Part shown: piece by piece, positions 21,962 to 28,214 of the stretch
How the letters are laid out: the number at the start of each line of letters is the position of its first letter
Position numbering within the stretch: the first letter of the stretch is position 1
Origin: Wallemia ichthyophaga EXF-994
Taxonomy: Eukaryota > Fungi > Basidiomycota
Direction: 5' to 3'
Length of the DNA stretch: 28,214 nucleotides
NCBI RefSeq assembly: GCF_000400465.1
Contig: NW_008806305.1
Location: forward strand, 1 to 28,214
Program-made: the position numbers and the translations under genes
The notes under the pieces: model-generated
Databases searched by the model: none
Told to the model about the DNA's origin: nothing
What the model saw: the letters and a program-made list of their open reading frames with translations, nothing else

Positions 21962-22515
21962 TTAGTACTTGTTGTCGTCGTCGTAATTGTCTTGTTTCAT
22001 GCTATCGTGCTTCTTGTCATTGTTACTGTGCTTCTTCTCATCGTGCTTAGCGTCGTGATTTTTGTCGTCATGTTTGATATCGCCATACATCTTGTCGTCG
22101 TGCTTGAAATGGTGTTTATCATCGTAATTCTTGTCATCTTGCATGATAACGTGCTTCATGTTCTCGTTCTTGTCATCCGTCTTGTCCGACTTCCAGTTGA
22201 ACATCCAATTCCAGAAACCCTTCCTATCGTCATCCTTCTTATCGTTCTGAACAATGTATAAGCTGGTGTCACTGAGAGCATCACACTACCCACTTTTTCA
22301 TCCCACTTCTTGTCAGCATCCTTGTCATTATTCTTCTCATCTACCTTGTGATAGTCGTAATCGACGCCCTTCTTGTGATCGCCCTTGTATTCCTTGTAGT
22401 CAACGTCTTTCTCATCTCCGCGACGGGCGATGTTGTCTGGTTGTGCGGCTGCTGCTGATGCGATGGTGCCAGTGAATGCAAGAACGGCGAGAGCTTTGGC
22501 GGTGTTGAAGTACAT
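21962..22515 (-). CDS. Small secreted Asp/Lys/His-rich repeat protein (DDK/KHDDK repeats), 168 aa, 2 exons
   Basis: Exons 22294-22515 and 21962-22246; a 47-nt GTGGGT..CAG intron joins ...KKWDEK|NDKKDDDRKGFWNWMFNW... in frame. Signal peptide MYFNTAKALAVLAFTGTIASA and dibasic RR (Kex2-type) at residues 31-32. Confidence 0.88.
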
Positions 22516-22559
22516 TTTTGTCTTTTGGGATGTAGAAAAGCAAGAGGGATATAGCGCTT

Positions 22560-22565
22560 CTTATA
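22560..22565 (-). promoter_or_regulatory. Putative TATA box (TATAAG) of the secreted D/K/H protein gene
   Basis: TTTATAAG on the minus strand about 45 nt upstream of the ATG at 22515. Confidence 0.4.
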
Positions 22566-23218
22566 AAGCCAGCTGGGCTGATGATTCTTGGTGCTACAGT
22601 CACATCTCGTCATTCTGCCAAGTTAATGAGGCTGAATCTGCACGTGCTAGGGTAGAAATGTGTAGAATTCTATGCTAGTCTACTGCATTTTCCAGCTGCT
22701 CTCTTCTGCTGCCGCTATCCTGAGGGCAAAGATCCACATCGACTGGCTGAACGCAAATATCAATTGTGGTTGCGAAAAATGTTTTATTACGCTGGGTGAT
22801 ATGATTAAATGTATTAGTTACGCTATCATGATTGTTAAAGATGTTGGGTAGACTGAAAAAAGCATCGAGTAGCTTCTTTGAAATATTGACAAACATTGCC
22901 AGCCAGTTTATCCGTGGTATAATTTATTAAAGAGGCATTCATCGATAGTACAGTTAACACGAATATTTGGTATGAGGCGGTGAATCCACGCTCAGCACCA
23001 AACATGAGCAAAATTGGAACCAGGAGGGAAGATCTAAAACAAAAACAGCCGTCTTTAGTTTATTTGGCTACTCATTGATAATTGGGTTGCGTTCTTCGCT
23101 CCACCAGTCAGACACTATGTCTTACTTTTGATACCGCTCTTTAGGTGGGTGGGCATACCTATCATTATTAATACTTTGACTGGCATGAATTACATGCATT
23201 TATAATATGAAGGCCAAA

Positions 23219-23460
23219 TTAAAACGTATAATATTCTTTAATTGACATCTGCTTCCTGTCGTGTTTCATGTCTTTGTAGTGCCTTTTGTCATCGTAATTC
23301 ATCTCACCGAATTTCTTATTGTCAGACTTCAGGAGATAGACCTATATCAGGTATTTAGGCCATAATGCGAGCAACTAGTTCACGATAGGCGTAGATGTCC
23401 TAAATTCATCATCATTCTTCGTTTACGTCGTATAGTAAACTTTTTTATCTTAAATCTTCA
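23219..23460 (-). pseudogene. Relic paralog of the secreted D/K/H-repeat protein
   Basis: Open frame 23341-23219 reads VYLLKSDNKKFGEMNYDDKRHYKDMKHDRKQM..., matching KSDK...NYDDKHHFKHDDKM...IKHDDK of the intact gene. Nucleotide matches tcatcgtaattc (12/12) and ttgtc[a/c]gacttc (11/12). The upstream part is disrupted by stops and frameshifts. Confidence 0.6.
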
Positions 23461-23566
23461 GTATGAGACAAATCATGCGCAGTACGGAAACCAAATTAGA
23501 TTTTCTGTGAGAATTGCGATAATACTTACGACAAAATAATTTAACGTTCGCCGTCTGAATAGTCTT

Positions 23567-24782
23567 TCATTGAAAAAGTTTCGCAACCCGAATCTGTAAC
23601 CCTAAACTCTGAATCATCTGAATACTCATACTCCGAAGAAGTGTCAAAAACCCAAAATATGAAACAGAAAATTCCGAAAAACTTAATATGTGATGCTTTG
23701 AGCCAAACCTATCGAATGCTTCTTCAGATATACCCTCCACAATAATTGTCGCCTCTTCTGCCTTTGGCATTGAGTCGTCATTAATACCGCGATTGAATTC
23801 GTCGCTGGATCTAGCTGAGCTAGTGTACTCGACAAATAAATTCCTCAAATTGCTCAATTTGCAGATATTCTCAGGATTGATGAAATCATGATGTTTGCCG
23901 AGCAAGTCCTTAGTCATCAGCTGATTATTATCAATACATAGTTTTTCCAAACACTCAAGAGAAACACCATTTCAGTTGCTCAGCTCCTTATAATAAACCC
24001 GAAGGTGGGTCAGTAAGAGAATAAAGTCTATGAGAGTTCATAGCTCCAAAGATATACCACATAATGTATACAATGATGGGATTGGTTTGTTTGTTGATGT
24101 TTGCTGCATATTCAGATATACTACCAGAAATCTCGGGTATCACCATGTGCCTACCATGTGCCTGCCTCTGTGATGGCCAGAAGCATGGGGTAAAAGCCAA
24201 GAAATAAAGAAAATGCATGGTATCCCTAAATAGTGAAAGATTAAAATCTAAAACCTGATTTCAACGCTTCTAGGCCAGCCAGTCCTCGATTTCCATCTCG
24301 CCAGAGCCGAGTGAAATCAGACACATACTGGCGTCTTTGATATGTATGGTGAACGTTCGAATGCTGAGGTTATCTCTATTTGGAGTATCTTCTGGGTTCT
24401 GTGGGTTGTGTCCTATGCATGCAATCTCCACCAAGTCTCTTCGCGCGAGAGAATCAGTTAGGACGGTGAAGTATTTCGAGGAGGTGACTGTGCGGTTATT
24501 CCAAAACTTATTGATATTTATGATGGCTAGATCTTCTATGCTGTGATTGAGGTAGGCGCGGACATGTGTGGACGTGTGCCCGGTATCGTCGTCGCTTTCT
24601 TGGAGGAAGAGTGCATTCTTGTGTCCCTCATTTTTAACACCGTCGTCTATGCGCATTATGAACTCGTCTAGATACCTACGCGGTGCCCTGTACATCACGT
24701 AAATTGGAAATCTGAGTGCGTAAGCGGCGAGCTATTCGTAATCACACAAAACTCACTTCTTGGCCGCCATATGAGGAAACAT
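23567..24782 (-). pseudogene. Fragmented hypothetical gene with an LRR/RNI-like C-terminal part; probable pseudogene
   Basis: A 45-nt GTGAGT..CAG intron joins MFPHMAAKK|FPIYVMYRAPRR to the 142-aa ORF, and a GTATGT donor lies near 24328. The downstream ORF LEKLCIDNN...ICKLSNLRNLFVE is preceded in frame by TGA (23972-23974). An 11-bp tandem duplication sits at 24142-24163. The exact model is unresolved. Confidence 0.4.
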
Positions 24783-25018
24783 TCTCTACTGTCTTCTTTT
24801 TGCCTTCTCTCTTGCCTCCTTGATGATGTTTTTTGTCTCGCAGATCTATGATCGACAGTTACGATTGGAAGGTCAAAGTTTTAGAAATGAGTTAAAATTT
24901 ATTCATCGAGGGTGTGAGGGTGTATTCACAAGCCTTATTTGTGTGTATTTGTGTTTGTATTAAATATGTATATAATTATCCAGTTATTGCGTTATTCGTT
25001 TGTTACGTGCCACTTCAT

Positions 25019-27107
25019 CTATTCGATGCTTTCTGAGGGTTTCATAGGTGAGCTGTTGCCGCTATCTGCATTTGCGTTCTCGCTGCTATTCTCGCTCTCG
25101 CTTTCACGTCTCTTCGCTCTTCCAAATAACTTGCTGTTGATCCAATCACGCGTGCCAGGCTTGTGGTGCACGTGGAGGACAACCTTCTTCTTACCCGTAG
25201 CAGCCCTTTCGACATCCTCCTTCAATTTCGCTTCATACTCTGCTCGCTTGAGTGCCTCATACTCTGGCCCAACGGTACCACCGACGCGATTGTGTTTAAT
25301 ATGGGTACCATCACCATCACTGCCTTCTAAATCACCTACTGTATGTACCTGGACATCAATGTCATTTTCATACGAATTATTATTGAGAGGACGTTCAGTA
25401 ACGACGTTATTTCCCTCGACTGTGTGTGAGGTGAGTGTGAGTGAGTTTGTATCCGCGCGTCACATTTCACCCACCCCAAGAATTCACATTGCGACCGCTC
25501 ACCACCTGTGTCTCTTTGTCCAGCTCGTCGAGCGATGCGGAGGAGTTTCCGAGTGTCGTACCAACGCGTCTGCTCAGGCTGAAGAAAGGAATACTAAGGC
25601 CGTGTACGAATGTTGAGCAGATCACCAGGAAGAAGACAATCGGTTGTATTGTCACGGCGACCATCTCAGCCTGGTTCTGTGGTGCGCCCTCTGGATGAGG
25701 GAGTTGGACGGAGGCTATGGCGCCTATAAACACCGCTCCAACGCCAATAGGACCGAAGTAACCGATGAAGAGCGCTTCTCGGAACGTCTTTACATCCGGT
25801 ATCCACCGATACAGTGCGAGCAAGGGCGGGATACGCTTGATGATGAATATGCACAGCGCAGCAATCACCAGTCGCCAATTGGTGATACCGCCCAGAGTAC
25901 TATCGTTGAACTGATCAAACGGCATAAGCGTGCCGATGAAAATGAAACAGACGCTGTTGAATAGCAGATCAATCATCGACGAGAAATTGCTCTCTTCCGT
26001 GGCCTTATTGAAAAAGCCATCCCAGGAAAAAGCAGTGCCACAGCAGAAGGATGCTAGCAAGTCATCGGACCCTAAAATAAGCGCTATGCCAATACAGAGG
26101 AGAGTGAGCGAGACATACTGCGCGACAAACGACTGTCTGTCTATGAGATTGCGCCCTTCACACAGCTTCATTAGCTTCCGCGCACAATAACCAATCAGAG
26201 AGCCGAGGAAAATGCCCAGAGCCACCTCGTACAGCCACGTAACGAGGAACCATTCCTCAACGGCATAAGGCGTGTCCATCGGGGAAAGGAGGAGATAGAT
26301 GCCGATATAGAGAAAGGGGAATGCAGCGCCGTCGTTGCACCCACTTTCGCATGCGACGACGTGCTTGATATGTGAGGGTATGTGCTCGTCGGCGAACTTG
26401 CCACCGATGACAGCAGCTGCGAGAATGGGATCGGTGGGGGTGAGAGTGGCTGCTATTGTGAGTGAGCCAATGTAGTCGAGGCCGGGAATAAGTGCGTAGA
26501 TGAGCGCGGCAGAGATGACCCAACCGAATGCCATCACTGGACACAGCATAAAGAAGAGACTCTTCCAGTGACGTTTAATGTAGCGCCGCGGAAGTTCTAC
26601 GCCTGTGGTTTGCGTGCGTGTTAGAAAGACATCATCCAGTGCAATGACAAGACACCTCACCTATCGCAAACACACCAAGCGCCAGTACTATACGAGTCAC
26701 TTCCAATATCAACTCATTCACTTCCTCGTCGTCGGCGTTGTTGCCGTTCTCGCCGCCGAACTTGCGTGGGTCAACGCTGCGATTGGTGTTAGAGTAATTG
26801 TTGAGCGTACTCGCCACCCACAGCCCTCCAGCATAGGGACCAATGATGATCCCAAAGATGGTCGATGTGACTGCTTCTCCGATATACAGCTTCTCCTCTG
26901 AGTGGAGTGTGAGCGCGGGTGTTTTCGCAGTTGCACGCCCACGCACTGATAAACAGCGAGACCATCATAAACACCGCAATATAAGCACCAAGCAACACAT
27001 ACGTCAGATGCGCCGTACTGATCTCGAAAGGCTGCGTGCATAGCGTGAGCGTGGGGTGGACCTGGGTGATGTATTGTACTCACCGAGAAATGCGTCAAGC
27101 CAGCCAT
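25019..27107 (-). CDS. NHA1: Plasma-membrane Na+(K+)/H+ antiporter, Nha1/Sod2 family (CPA1), about 609 aa, 6 exons
   Basis: Exons 27084-27107, 26947-27031, 26822-26897, 26661-26776, 25475-26602, 25019-25419; introns 52, 49, 45, 58, 55 nt. Motifs: SLFIKEKLYIGEA, GVELP..Y...HW, TPTDPILA, ESGCNDG, IDRQSF, GSDDLL, R.PP, EALFIGYFGPIGVGA, STFVHGLSIPF. Confidence 0.94.
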
Positions 27108-27295
27108 TTAAAGGGTGCCTTGTAATTCACCGTGCTTGGTATAGAATGAACATTATCTGCAACCAACGCATTCCAGTTGTGCCATATGCGAGGAATGAAT
27201 ATGAGCTTTTCAGTGAATTTGAGTTCGTGAAAGTGTTTAAGCGCAAGTGTATATAGCAATTACATGGTATATATTTGTATTCCTTATGTTCAATG

Positions 27296-27350
27296 TGTTC
27301 TGTATGTTCTGTATGTTCTGTGTGTTCTGTGTCTTCTGTGTTCTGTGTGC
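27296..27350. repeat. Imperfect 9-nt-period tandem repeat (TTCTGTATG/TTCTGTGTG), about 6 units
   Basis: Read directly: gttctgtatgttctgtatgttctgtgtgttctgtgtcttctgtgttctgtgtgc. Confidence 0.85.
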
Positions 27351-27390
27351 ATTAAATGCTGTGTGCTGTGTGCACCCTTTACCTATCTCC

Positions 27391-27627
27391 TTATCTAGCC
27401 ACACCCTGCCACCCTTCTAAAACACACCCTGCAACCTTCATCGCCGCCTGCATAACTATCAGTCCACTCAACCCCATTGAAACTGCGATAAATGGCACGA
27501 CGGTGACTACTAGAGCCGTATTGAAAGCTCCAGTCACCAGTACCAGCAGAACACTCTTATTTGTGTTACGCTCCATTTCCAGCTTTTGTAGACGCTGTAA
27601 CTTCTCGTTGTGTGTTTCCTTCGGCAT
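27391..27627 (-). CDS. Small hypothetical membrane protein, about 78 aa
   Basis: MPKETHNEKLQRLQKLEMERNTNK followed by a long hydrophobic stretch (SVLLVLVTGAFNTALVVTVVPFIAVSMGLSGLIVMQAAM). Short, with no recognised family. Confidence 0.4.
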   Translation of the reverse strand: MPKETHNEKLQRLQKLEMERNTNKSVLLVLVTGAFNTALVVTVVPFIAVSMGLSGLIVMQAAMKVAGCVLEGWQGVAR

Positions 27628-28058
27628 TGCAGGGTGAACAGTGTTTGCTGTATGTACTGTATGTTTTATGTGTGTGGCGTATTTTGTACTGTCTTCTGAT
27701 TTATACAATCTCAAATCTCTTCTCACTTCACTCTACTATTTGTGGGATATTAAACAAAATCCAATTCCATCACCCGCAGTCTTTCTCAGAATCGAAACTG
27801 AAAGTAAAAATATTCTATTACTCCACTGTATGATTGTGCTACTTTACTGAAATCACTCCCTGCAAGTCTCACATCAATTTCTCCTTTGCTGCAAAATTGT
27901 GCTAGCCCATGTTATCACATTGTGACGTAACATTGTCTTTATTGCGTTTGAAAGACTAAGAGAAACATTCAGGCAAGCTTTTCAGCCATTGCTATTTATG
28001 AACAATAATTGTTGATAAAAAGATTCATATAGATACTAATGAGCAGAGGCTTCGACAC

Positions 28059-28066
28059 AAAAAAAA
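28059..28066 (-). terminator. RNA polymerase III terminator (T8) of tRNA-Gly
   Basis: A8 run on the plus strand immediately after the tRNA 3' end. Confidence 0.85.
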
Positions 28067-28160
28067 TGCATTAACCCGGAATTGAACCGGGGGCCGATCG
28101 ACTCGGATCAACGAGATAGTTGATTGGCAACGATCGAGGTTACCACTACCCCATTAATGC
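28067..28160 (-). tRNA. tRNA-Gly(GCC): tRNA-Gly (GCC) with a 23-nt intron (28102-28124)
   Basis: Acceptor stem GCATTAA/TTAATGC plus discriminator A, D-loop TAGTGGTA, anticodon stem GATCG/CGATC, loop TTGCCA^T with the intron after position 37, T-arm CCCGG-TTCAATT-CCGGG. Confidence 0.95.
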
Positions 28161-28214
28161 TGTTAACATTTTGATCTTTGTGAGGTCGAAGTTCACACAA
28201 AGGGCAAGGCGCTG

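Noticed and set aside
21992-22261. Plus-strand Val/Ile/Leu-rich 89-aa membrane-like ORF
   Set aside because: It is the antisense image of the Asp/Lys/His codons of the secreted protein.
22675-22896. 73-aa minus-strand ORF upstream of the secreted protein gene
   Set aside because: No motif or splice support; it lies in a likely promoter region.
13599-24782. In-frame stops in relics as evidence of stop-codon reassignment
   Set aside because: Intact genes in the window end in TAG, TAA and TGA, so the standard code applies.

Overview
Eukaryotic (fungal) genomic DNA with a standard genetic code and very short spliceosomal introns (19 reconstructed, 43-58 nt). The compact, micro-intron, basidiomycete-type gene set suggests a Wallemia-like xerophilic/halotolerant fungus (inference only). 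Spliced gene models built by hand: PDR-type ABCG transporter (-, 515-5124), Old Yellow Enzyme (-, 5555-6714), RasGEF with an N-terminal degenerate Ras-like domain (+, 7237-10344), DUF4449/HAM1-like protein (-, 10854-13456), arrestin-like PY-motif adaptor (-, 20467-21666), small secreted Asp/Lys/His-repeat protein (-, 21962-22515), Nha1-type Na+/H+ antiporter (-, 25019-27107), a small hydrophobic ORF (-, 27391-27627) and an intron-containing tRNA-Gly(GCC) (-, 28067-28160). Two accessory-looking zones (about 13.6-20.2 kb and 23.2-24.8 kb) hold decayed, intron-bearing gene relics: F-box/LRR-like fragments, one apparently broken by a (TTAGG)-type repeat expansion, and a relic paralog of the secreted Asp/Lys/His protein. 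The most interesting item is the secreted zwitterionic DDK/KHDDK-repeat protein and its adjacent dead copy. No transposon, CRISPR or rRNA features could be supported.
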